A DNA stretch of 64,000 nt from Candidatus Omnitrophota bacterium (lineage in GTDB: Bacteria; Omnitrophota; Gorgyraeia; Pluralincolimonadales; Pluralincolimonadaceae), in the NCBI GenBank assembly GCA_003141835.1, contig PLNR01000010.1, positions 3,768 to 67,767 on the forward strand, in the 5' to 3' direction. A model generated the notes under the pieces. That model did no database searches and had not been told where the DNA came from. It was given only the letters and a program-made list of their open reading frames with translations. Positions within the stretch are counted from its first letter, which is position 1. Each line of letters starts with the position of its first letter. A program made the translations under genes and the position numbers. Shown piece by piece: positions 9,977 through 17,708 of the stretch.

Positions 9977-10805
9977 CCTTTTTATTTCGGCCTTATCCGT
10001 TTCTTTGTGCCTGTGCGGATGCGCCACGACATCCTATGATCCGGGATACGAGAACGGATTCATAAAAACTCTTATCCCCGGGCGTAATTTCACCCTTCTT
10101 TCGTATACCAGGATCAAAGAAACAGGTAAGCCGCTTGTAATTTACATCGAAGGGGATGGATTGGCATGGAAATCCCGTTCCCGTGTCTCTTCCGACCCCA
10201 CCCCAACGGACCCTCTCGTTATGCGTCTCACCGCCTTGGATCCTTCGCCGAATGTCGCGTACCTTGCCCGTCCGGGACAATATCCTTCCCTGGGAGCGTC
10301 CCGATGCGACCCGAAATACTGGACAGGAAGTCGGTTCTCGCGGGAAGTTATAGAAAATATGGATACGGCTGTCAGCCGGTTGCGCGAAAAAGCCAAGGCG
10401 CCGTCGGTGTCGCTAGTCGGTTATTCCGGGGGAGCCGCTGTTGCGGTCCTTATTTCAGCGAGGCGCGATGACATTACGGGCCTGCGCACTATCGCCGGGA
10501 ATCTTGATTGCGATGCCGTCAGCAGATGGAATGAAGTAAGTCCGCTCAAAGATTCGTTGAATCCTATTGATGTTGCGGCCAAGATCAGCGCTGTCCCCCA
10601 GCGCCACTTTATTGCGTCCGGCGACAAAGTCGTCCCTTCCTACGTCGCAGAATCATTTGCCGGGAATTGCGGCGATGAAAAATATAAGAGCATCACGACA
10701 GTCAAGGGCGCTACGCATTATTCAGGATGGGAAGATAAATGGGCCGGCCTGCTCAAGGTCCCGTTATATGATAAAAACGAGGCGCTGCTTCCCGAAACTC
10801 CTTGA
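9900..10805 (+). CDS. Lipoprotein alpha/beta hydrolase (start uncertain)
   Basis: Lipobox LCGC; YIEGDG, DPTP, ARPGQY, GYSGG nucleophile elbow, AGNLD. Confidence 0.85.
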   Translation: MPTTTSNTNRTLPPIRVGLISGTSFSLFISALSVSLCLCGCATTSYDPGYENGFIKTLIPGRNFTLLSYTRIKETGKPLVIYIEGDGLAWKSRSRVSSDPTPTDPLVMRLTALDPSPNVAYLARPGQYPSLGASRCDPKYWTGSRFSREVIENMDTAVSRLREKAKAPSVSLVGYSGGAAVAVLISARRDDITGLRTIAGNLDCDAVSRWNEVSPLKDSLNPIDVAAKISAVPQRHFIASGDKVVPSYVAESFAGNCGDEKYKSITTVKGATHYSGWEDKWAGLLKVPLYDKNEALLPETP

Positions 10806-10832
10806 TATAGTAAGACATTACCTCTATAATAA
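10790..10832 (+). promoter_or_regulatory. Sigma70 promoter cassette, copy 2
   Basis: TTGATA 10802-10807, TATAAT 10825-10830, ATG 10840. Identical to copy 3 at 37 of 43 positions; contains the stop codon of the upstream hydrolase. Confidence 0.75.
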
Positions 10833-10839
10833 TAAAATT

Positions 10840-11586
10840 ATGAAAACCCTAAAAGCGATAATGCTACCGGTTTTAGCCTGCTTATTTGTTTTTATAATAT
10901 GCCTAAGTTCCTATGCGGACGATGGGCAAGACCTGATAAATGCCGCCCAGACAGGTAATATCCTGGCTGTCAAAGCGCTTCTCGCCAAAGGCGCAGATGT
11001 AAATGCGAAAACTAAGTATGGCATGACCGCCTTGATGGCGGCATCGGAAGAAGGACACCTCGATATAGTACAGGCGCTCATCGCCAAAGGCGCTGACGTT
11101 AATTCGAAAACTAACGATGGCGGGACCGCCTTGATGCGGGCCGGGCGTCTCGATGTAGTACAGGAACTTCTTGTCAAGGGCGCAGACGTGAACGCGAAAG
11201 CCAAGTATGGCATAACCGCTTTAATGCAGGCATCTTCAGCCGGCCACCTCGATATAGTACAGGCGCTCATCGCCAAAGGCGCTGACGTTAATGCGAAGAC
11301 TAACGATGGCATGGCCGCTTTAATGCAGGCATCTTCAGCCGGCCACCTCGATATAGTACAGGCGCTCATCGCCAAAGGCGCTGACGTGGGCGCGAAGGCT
11401 AACGATGGCTGGACCGCCTTGATGGCGGCATCGGAAGAAGGACATCTTGATATAGCACAAACTCTCCTTGCCAAAGGCGCAGACGTTAATGCGAAGACTA
11501 ACGATGGCGGGACCGCATTAAGCGCAGCTAAAAGAAACGGGCATAATGAAATAGCCTGGGTGCTTATCAACAGCGGGGCAAGGTAG
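10840..11586 (+). CDS. Secreted ankyrin-repeat protein (~6 repeats)
   Basis: Start reassigned to ATG 10840 (MKTLKAI..., signal peptide); repeated G.TALM.A...GHLDIVQALIAKGADVN units with a 99-bp period. Confidence 0.92.
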   Translation: MKTLKAIMLPVLACLFVFIICLSSYADDGQDLINAAQTGNILAVKALLAKGADVNAKTKYGMTALMAASEEGHLDIVQALIAKGADVNSKTNDGGTALMRAGRLDVVQELLVKGADVNAKAKYGITALMQASSAGHLDIVQALIAKGADVNAKTNDGMAALMQASSAGHLDIVQALIAKGADVGAKANDGWTALMAASEEGHLDIAQTLLAKGADVNAKTNDGGTALSAAKRNGHNEIAWVLINSGAR

Positions 11587-11620
11587 TAAAATATTACTAA
11601 TAAATAACAAGTCTGTTTAC

Positions 11621-11649
11621 TTGACAAATGTGTGATTAGGGCGTAAACT
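11621..11649 (+). promoter_or_regulatory. Sigma70 promoter of the CBM11/GH144-like operon
   Basis: TTGACA-17-TAAACT. Confidence 0.6.
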
Positions 11650-11715
11650 TTTATAGATTATCTGCCCTAGTGGGCAAAGTAACGGACGAACACAAAACGA
11701 AGGGGGGTTAAGTAA

Positions 11716-12333
11716 GTGAAGAAGTTATTCTTTCTCGGGTTAGTCGCGGTATCAGCCCTGTTTTTATCTCCTGCAGCGAACGCCGCTAATGAAGATATGC
11801 CGAAAGCCCTGTCTATGGGGGCCGAAGGTACTTTGACAGTCGCAGATTTTAACAGTTGGGATGACACTAACAACTTGGGCGGCGCGTTCGGCGGCTGGGC
11901 CAAAAACCCGGACGATCCTACCCAGCAGTGCCTGATAGAGATCACGGATGAGGATAAGGTGGGGGATAAGGGTAATTCGCTGAAGTTAAACTACCGGGTC
12001 GATTCCCCAACGCCGGCTTATAACGGTTTCTGGATGAAGCTCCAAGACAGCGATTTTTCACCTTACAGGTATTTAGTCATATCAGTCAAAGGTGTCGCGG
12101 ACGCGGGTTTTACGCCCCGCTTTAAGATCGAGATCAAGAACAAGCAAAAAGAAGCCGGGCACTATATCCTTACCGGCATAACGGATAAGTGGCAGCAGTT
12201 CGTAATCCCGCTGAAGGATTTCGGTCTTTCCGATATGCAGCAGATGAACGAATTTGTTATCGTCTTCGACGACATACGCTGCAGGCCGAAGGTGGGTTCT
12301 ATCTATATCGATGACATTTACGTTTCGAAGTAG
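11716..12333 (+). CDS. Secreted single-domain CBM11/CIA30-like carbohydrate-binding protein
   Basis: Signal peptide; NLGG.FG.W, SLKLNY.V...AYNGFWMKL, FKIEIK, WQQFVIPLKDF, GSIYIDDI. Confidence 0.8.
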   Translation: MKKLFFLGLVAVSALFLSPAANAANEDMPKALSMGAEGTLTVADFNSWDDTNNLGGAFGGWAKNPDDPTQQCLIEITDEDKVGDKGNSLKLNYRVDSPTPAYNGFWMKLQDSDFSPYRYLVISVKGVADAGFTPRFKIEIKNKQKEAGHYILTGITDKWQQFVIPLKDFGLSDMQQMNEFVIVFDDIRCRPKVGSIYIDDIYVSK

Positions 12334-15300
12334 CGCGTCTTATGCCGCCGTCCTGCTGGCATTAAGTTTCGCGGTCCAAACCGGCCTTCCGGCGAAGGAA
12401 AGCCAAAGCATCACACTCCTTGTTGATGACTTTGAGGCGAAGAAGGACAAAAACCTGCTTGACGGCATGTCTTCCGCATGGGCCGGTAATCCGAATGACC
12501 CCAGCGCCGCTTGCACCGCGTCTTTTGTTGATCTCATCCGTGATGGCGGGAACACGAGCGTCCTGAAACTTAAGTACGGCCTGGCCGATCCCAAGTATAT
12601 CACCTATTACTACAGCGAAACCCAGGCGCGGTATAAGCTCAATCCCAAAGCCATCGACCCGCTCGCCCTTTCCGAAACCAAGGCTCGCACGAAAGCGATC
12701 GACGTGCAGGCCTTGCGGTATTACCAGAACAAGCTGCAGCAAGGGTACGCCGCCGCCAAAGCCGCGTCCAAAGCCGCGGATAAGAAAAAACTCTTGGCCT
12801 CATCCGTCTATTCGAGGTACATCCCCGGCTCAAGTAATCTCGACTACAGCAGGTATTATAAGAAGCCGGATTATTCAAAATATATTCCCGGTCCCAAAGC
12901 CGTAGATTACAGCAAATATTACACCAAGCCCTATTACAGTAGGTCTACCTCCGCCAGCGATATTGACTACAGTAAATATTACATCAAACCTGACTACTCA
13001 AAGTATATCAAGACTTCCGGCAACGTTGATTACAGCAAATACTATGCCAAGCAGGTCGGACCGGACGGCCGCGCGAAACAGTACGTCGGGCTGAAATTCC
13101 GGCTCGGCGGCGACGTCGACTACAACGGATATTACACCAAGCTAAACGGCCTCGACCTCCGCCCGTATCAGTATCTCACTTTCTGGGTCAAGCGCGGCGA
13201 AGGGACTTATCCCGACTCATTCAAGATCGAGCTTAAATGCGGCCCGTACCTCGCCGCCCACCGTTATCGTATTCCTACGTCCGCGGACCAATGGATCTAT
13301 GCAAAGATCCCGTTGGCCGACTTCACGAATTTCGACAGCGAGAAATGGGACCGGTCCAGTGAAATGACTTTTGTATTCGAAGGCGGACAGACCAGGCCTG
13401 TCTCCGGCGTCCTTTATCTGGATGATATCGGCTTTTCTGCGGACACGGAATACTTCCAGCGCGAGAAGGCGCTGGTCGCAGAGGACACCGAAAAGACACG
13501 GGAAGAGATGCGCCGGATCGCTGCCCTGCCGGAAGACGAGCTGCTCGACCTTATTGAACGTAAGACATTCGATTATTTCTGGCTTGAGGCAAGCCCGAGC
13601 ACGGGTTTGACAAAGGACAGGAGCATGGTCTACGGCGCGGCCAGCACAGGCGCGGCCGGTTTCGGGTTGACCGCGATGTGCATCGGCGCGGAACGGAAAT
13701 GGATCACCCAGAAGGAAGCCTACGACCGGGTCTATAAGACCTTGAAAGCGCTCAGGGATATCGTCGCCAAGGAACACGGGTTCTTCTGTCACTGGATCAA
13801 TGGCCGCACGGGAGAGCGCGACGGAAAGTCGGAGTATAGTTCTGTAGATACGGCGCTGCTCATCGGAGGAGTCCTGACGGCCCGGGAATATTTTTCCCAG
13901 CCGGAAATAAAACAGCTGGCGGATGAGATCTACCAGGATTTGGACTGGCCGTGGATGCTGGACGGCAGCCCGGAAACCGGCCTTTTATCGATGGGATGGG
14001 ACCCTGAAAAGGGGTTCACCGGATATATCAAGTGGGATATGTTCGCCGAAGACATGATGATGTACCTATTGGCTATCGGCTCGCCCACCCATCCGCTTCC
14101 CGCGAAGTCGTGGGACGCCTTCAGGCGCCCCGTAAAGGAGTACGCCGGCCAGACCTATATCTTTCACGAAGGCGAATCGATGTTTGTTTATACCTATTCC
14201 CAGGCGTGGGTGGATTTCCGGGATAAACACGACGCTTACGCCGATTACTGGAAGAATTCGGTCGCGGCTATCACGGCGAATTATGAGCGTTGTAAAGAGA
14301 ATGCCAGTAACTTCAGGACATACAAGGAAGGTTACTGGGGGATCTCGGCCTCGGACGGGCCGGACGGGTATTCCGCTTTCGGGGCTACGGCCATACTCGG
14401 CATGCATAACGGCACTATACCGCCCTATTCCCTTTGCGCGGCCGTTCCTTTTGTGCCCCAGCTAGCTATCCCGGCTATCCGCTCGCTCTTGGCGAATTAC
14501 GGCGACAGGGTCTGGGGCAGATACGGGTTCGTGAGCGCTTTCAACCTGGACCGGAACTGGTTCTCGACCGAATATATCGGGATCGACGAAGGAGATATCC
14601 TTTTGATGCTGGAGAATTACCGCACCGGTTTCGTCTGGAAGACGTTCATGAAGAACCCATATATCAATCGGGGGATGGAGGTGGCGGGATTCCAGCCGGG
14701 CACAAAGGAGCTGGATGTGGCGTTACTGAAGAAACTGGAAGACGAACGCGCAAAAGAACTTGAGAAGGCAGGCGGTAGCGCCACGAAGAAGTTTACGATA
14801 GCCCGCTCCAAAAATAAGATCGATGTTGACGGGACGCTGCAGCAATGGGACAAGAATAAATTCGAAAAGTACGATATTGAGAAAGACCTGGAATCCGGGA
14901 AGATCTCAGGCCCGGCGGAGCTGTCCGGAGCCTTCGGTTTCCAATGGGATGACGAGAACCTTTATTTCGCCATTGACGTGACGGACGGTGGTGAGATCGT
15001 TGCCAAGGAGAAACAGAAGGAGATCTATAAAGGCGATTGCGTTGAGATCTATCTGGATTTCATGACGCAAGGAAAAAATTTCATCTGGGGCGACAAGAAG
15101 AACTTCCAGATAGGCTTGGCGCCGGACTGCGCGACCGGCGGCCCTGCCGCGTATGCGTGGTTCCAGGATACTGACCCGAAGGATAACGTCAAGCTGGCCG
15201 TCAAAAAGACCGAGAAAGGTTATCGCATGGAGGCGGCCATCAAGTGGTCGTTCTTGAACCAGAAACCGCAGCCGGGCATGGTATTCGGGCTTTCGGTCGC

Positions 15301-15400
15301 TCTTCACGATCTTGGCGGCGGTAAGGAAAAGAAGCTGAACTGGTACTTCAAACAACAGCCGGGAAGGATCAGGTTAGGAGAAGCCGCTCTCGGCGAATAG
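12311..15400 (+). CDS. Glucoamylase-family (GH144-like beta-1,2-glucanase) protein with an N-terminal CBM11-like domain carrying a Tyr-rich insert, and a C-terminal CBM9-like domain
   Basis: FDYFW..GL.KDR, AS.GA.GFGL, HGFF.HW, E.SSVDTA.L, WGISASD, YIGIDEG..LLMLENYR; C-terminal IDVDG.L..W / WDDENLYFAIDV.D. Start is likely ATG 12311. Confidence 0.85.
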   Translation: MTFTFRSSASYAAVLLALSFAVQTGLPAKESQSITLLVDDFEAKKDKNLLDGMSSAWAGNPNDPSAACTASFVDLIRDGGNTSVLKLKYGLADPKYITYYYSETQARYKLNPKAIDPLALSETKARTKAIDVQALRYYQNKLQQGYAAAKAASKAADKKKLLASSVYSRYIPGSSNLDYSRYYKKPDYSKYIPGPKAVDYSKYYTKPYYSRSTSASDIDYSKYYIKPDYSKYIKTSGNVDYSKYYAKQVGPDGRAKQYVGLKFRLGGDVDYNGYYTKLNGLDLRPYQYLTFWVKRGEGTYPDSFKIELKCGPYLAAHRYRIPTSADQWIYAKIPLADFTNFDSEKWDRSSEMTFVFEGGQTRPVSGVLYLDDIGFSADTEYFQREKALVAEDTEKTREEMRRIAALPEDELLDLIERKTFDYFWLEASPSTGLTKDRSMVYGAASTGAAGFGLTAMCIGAERKWITQKEAYDRVYKTLKALRDIVAKEHGFFCHWINGRTGERDGKSEYSSVDTALLIGGVLTAREYFSQPEIKQLADEIYQDLDWPWMLDGSPETGLLSMGWDPEKGFTGYIKWDMFAEDMMMYLLAIGSPTHPLPAKSWDAFRRPVKEYAGQTYIFHEGESMFVYTYSQAWVDFRDKHDAYADYWKNSVAAITANYERCKENASNFRTYKEGYWGISASDGPDGYSAFGATAILGMHNGTIPPYSLCAAVPFVPQLAIPAIRSLLANYGDRVWGRYGFVSAFNLDRNWFSTEYIGIDEGDILLMLENYRTGFVWKTFMKNPYINRGMEVAGFQPGTKELDVALLKKLEDERAKELEKAGGSATKKFTIARSKNKIDVDGTLQQWDKNKFEKYDIEKDLESGKISGPAELSGAFGFQWDDENLYFAIDVTDGGEIVAKEKQKEIYKGDCVEIYLDFMTQGKNFIWGDKKNFQIGLAPDCATGGPAAYAWFQDTDPKDNVKLAVKKTEKGYRMEAAIKWSFLNQKPQPGMVFGLSVALHDLGGGKEKKLNWYFKQQPGRIRLGEAALGE
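12809..13051 (+). repeat. Four degenerate 60-63-bp coding repeats (YSKY...DYSKYY.KP)
   Basis: YSRYIPGSSNLDYSRYYKKPD / YSKYIPGPKAVDYSKYYTKPY / YSRSTSASDIDYSKYYIKPD / YSKYIKTSGNVDYSKYYAK. Confidence 0.85.
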
Positions 15401-15437
15401 ATAAACAAAGTTGCAAATTCCTCTGTAATGGCACCTT

Positions 15438-15480
15438 CCCCAAAATTCCTTGATATAATAAGATATTACCTTTATAATAA
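15438..15480 (+). promoter_or_regulatory. Sigma70 promoter cassette, copy 3
   Basis: TTGATA 15450-15455 and TATAAT 15473-15478, with the TAATAAGATATTA dyad in the spacer. Confidence 0.8.
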
Positions 15481-15505
15481 AATCAGGTAAACAAGAAAGG
15501 AAAAG

Positions 15506-15886
15506 ATGAAGAAGACTAAGAAGATCGATTGCTTGAAATGCAAAGAGCAGCATGCCTGCTGTGATTTCGGGGCATGGGTGGACCTGGAGCTGGCTAAAAA
15601 AATATTATCCCTTAAATTAAAAGGGGATTTTTTCCATCTTGAGAAGGACAAGGATTTTCCCTCCGGGTATAAAGTCGGGACGAGCATTGAAGATGAGCGC
15701 TGCTCTTTCATTACGCCGGACGGGTTATGCTCCATCCACAAAGTGAACTATAGTTTGAAGCCGGCCCATTGCAAGGAATTCCCGTATGAAAAAGGGAAAT
15801 TATCGCCGTACGCAGACGTGTTGTGCGTGCGGGTAAAATCAAAAAAGAAAGAAAAGGCAAAAGGAGGGAATGTTGGCAAGAGATAA
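15506..15886 (+). CDS. YkgJ-family (CxxCxxCC) cysteine-cluster protein
   Basis: CLKC....ACC, CSF.....CSIH......KP..CKEFP. Confidence 0.8.
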   Translation: MKKTKKIDCLKCKEQHACCDFGAWVDLELAKKILSLKLKGDFFHLEKDKDFPSGYKVGTSIEDERCSFITPDGLCSIHKVNYSLKPAHCKEFPYEKGKLSPYADVLCVRVKSKKKEKAKGGNVGKR

Positions 15887-16028
15887 TTACTCGTTTAAAA
15901 AATACCAGAGAGAAATGGCGAATAAAAAGAAGAAAGAAGAAAAAAACCAACGCAAGCTGGAAAAAAAGAATTCGCAGGACAAAACTGAGCCCGAGAAGGC
16001 CCCGGACGGGGAAACCCCCGTAGTATAA
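15873..16028 (+). CDS. Unannotated 51-aa Lys/Glu-rich small protein (MARDNYSFKKYQREMANKKKKEEK...)
   Basis: AGGAGG 15862-15867, TTG 15873 (or ATG 15870), TAA 16026-16028. Below the ORF-track size cutoff. Confidence 0.75.
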   Translation: MARDNYSFKKYQREMANKKKKEEKNQRKLEKKNSQDKTEPEKAPDGETPVV

Positions 16029-16097
16029 GGTTCCTCCGGCAACGGCAGTGAGCCGTATTTATGCCCCAAGAGGGGTATTTTATGTTATAATATCCCC

Positions 16098-17543
16098 GTG
16101 AAATACAAGCACGCCTTGTTCCTGAATCCCTATATCGAAAGCAGCAATACAAGCGTCATGAAACTCTTCCCGCCGACCGGCCTTGAGTACGTCGCGAGCA
16201 GCGCCGAAGGTCTTGTCGAGAAACTGACGCTCATCGATCTTAGGTACGAAAAAGAGCTCTCCGATCCGGCGAAGCTGCTGGATTTTATAGCAAAAGAGAT
16301 CGATATCGTCTGCGTAAGTATCGGCTGGGACCGCCAGTTCAAGGAGATATGCGAGCTCCTTAACCGTTTCCCGGCCAATATACCAGTGGTCGTCGGAGGG
16401 TATAAGGCGACGGAGATGGCGGATGAGTTTTTCAAGATCTGCCCGAATGTCACTATTGTCGTCCGCGGGGAAGGGGAGGCGACGATACGGGAGATACTCA
16501 AAGGCCTGCCCCTGAAAGACATCCTCGGCATCTCTTACGCGGAAAAAGGCGTCGTGGTCCATAATAAGAACAGGCCCCTGCTCAACATAGAGGATATGCC
16601 TGCCCCGCGCCGCTCTTTAAGGAATAATAAATACAGCCTGGCAGTGAACGGGATCGAGATGATGAACCTGACGTTTGATTCGATCCTATCCGCGAGGGGT
16701 TGCCCCCACAACTGCAAATTCTGCACGTTCAACCTGAACCCCCTCGGCCAAAAGAGGACTTATACGGCGCGCAGCGTCGACTCGGTGATCAGGGAGCTGG
16801 AAGGGATAACCGCCAAGATAGTACTATTCAGCGACGATAACCTTTTTGCCGACGCCGGCAGGGCGGAAAAGATATGCGACGAGATAATAAAGCGCAAGAT
16901 AAAGAAGCGTTTTATCGCACAGGCCCGGATCGAGTTATTCAAGCACCCCCGCCTGCTGGGGAAGATGGTAAAGGCGGGATTTAAGGCGTTGCTGGTCGGC
17001 ATAGAGTCCCCGCACGACCGTATATTGACGCAGCTGAACAAGGGTTTTGATTCCGCCACGGTCAGGGAGGCGTTCAAGGTACTGACAAAATACCCGATCT
17101 TTTATAACGGTTATTTCATCTACGGCAATATAGGCGAGAGTAAAGAAGAGATGCTCTACATACCCGAATTTGCCAAAGAGATAGGGCTGGATTTTATCTC
17201 CTGCAACAAGCTCAGGATAGAGAAGTATTCCCCTATGAGGGAACTGGCCGAGAAGACGCAGGGTTACCATATTACCGAAAAGGGAGAGCTATATTCCGAT
17301 ACATACGACTATCCGGCGCTAAAGAAGATAGGCAGGACGATAAAGTTCTCTTTCTACACACCGCAGCGCTATTTTAAGATATTCTTTAAGGGTGCTTTTC
17401 AAAACAGGGTTTTAACCATCGGAGAGGTAGTTTCGTTCATTTGCGTAATGCCCCGCCTGCTTGCCGGCGTCTTCGCGAGGGAGATAAAAAGGGGCAGGCT
17501 GATGGATTCGCTTAAAAGGACATTCATAGTTAACAGGGCTTGA
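16098..17543 (+). CDS. Cobalamin-binding radical SAM protein
   Basis: N-terminal B12-binding domain (PPTGLEYVA, VVVGG, VRGEGE); RGCPHNCKFC; DDNL; GIES. An extended -10 (TGtTATAAT) lies 6 nt before the GTG. Confidence 0.9.
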   Translation: MKYKHALFLNPYIESSNTSVMKLFPPTGLEYVASSAEGLVEKLTLIDLRYEKELSDPAKLLDFIAKEIDIVCVSIGWDRQFKEICELLNRFPANIPVVVGGYKATEMADEFFKICPNVTIVVRGEGEATIREILKGLPLKDILGISYAEKGVVVHNKNRPLLNIEDMPAPRRSLRNNKYSLAVNGIEMMNLTFDSILSARGCPHNCKFCTFNLNPLGQKRTYTARSVDSVIRELEGITAKIVLFSDDNLFADAGRAEKICDEIIKRKIKKRFIAQARIELFKHPRLLGKMVKAGFKALLVGIESPHDRILTQLNKGFDSATVREAFKVLTKYPIFYNGYFIYGNIGESKEEMLYIPEFAKEIGLDFISCNKLRIEKYSPMRELAEKTQGYHITEKGELYSDTYDYPALKKIGRTIKFSFYTPQRYFKIFFKGAFQNRVLTIGEVVSFICVMPRLLAGVFAREIKRGRLMDSLKRTFIVNRA

Positions 17544-17562
17544 TCAACCATAAGGAGTAAAT

Positions 17563-17703
17563 ATCAAAAAAGTAAGGACTTCGTCTAAAGGCAGGAAATG
17601 CAAATACCTGCATTGTAAACAGATCTTAAGCATCTATAACCATGAGGGTTATTGCCATGTCCACCTCGGACAGGTGCCTCAAGAGCAGAGGGCAAAGGTT
17701 TAA
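17563..17703 (+). CDS. Unannotated 46-aa zinc-finger-like protein with an ATC start (KKVRTSSKGRKCKYLHCKQILSIYNHEGYCHVH...)
   Basis: TAAGGAG SD 17551-17557. An in-frame TAA lies at 17551 and no ATG, GTG or TTG precedes the motif, leaving ATC 17563 as the plausible start. C-x4-C...C-x2-H motif; stop is 5 nt before the helicase ATG. Confidence 0.7.
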   Translation: MKKVRTSSKGRKCKYLHCKQILSIYNHEGYCHVHLGQVPQEQRAKV

Positions 17704-17708
17704 AAGCC

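Noticed and set aside
10567-10839. ORF-track N-terminal extensions (ankyrin; likewise at 6872, 17652, 33672, 39309, 47959, 57488)
   Set aside because: They overlap upstream genes or promoters. Downstream starts give proper signal peptides, domain boundaries or ATGA coupling.
11660-11705. c-di-GMP-I riboswitch-like GGGCAAA...GACG in the CBM11 leader
   Set aside because: Only a small TGCCC/GGGCA hairpin is present; there is no GNRA/receptor two-stem architecture or expression platform.
12809-13051. CRISPR array or DGR template suggested by periodic repeats
   Set aside because: The repeats are in-frame and codon-degenerate with no unique spacers, and no cas or reverse transcriptase gene is in the window.
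15823-16023. 66-aa Lys/Arg-rich ORF in the track
   Set aside because: It lacks an SD. The alternative frame 15873-16028 has a strong AGGAGG and a more protein-like sequence.
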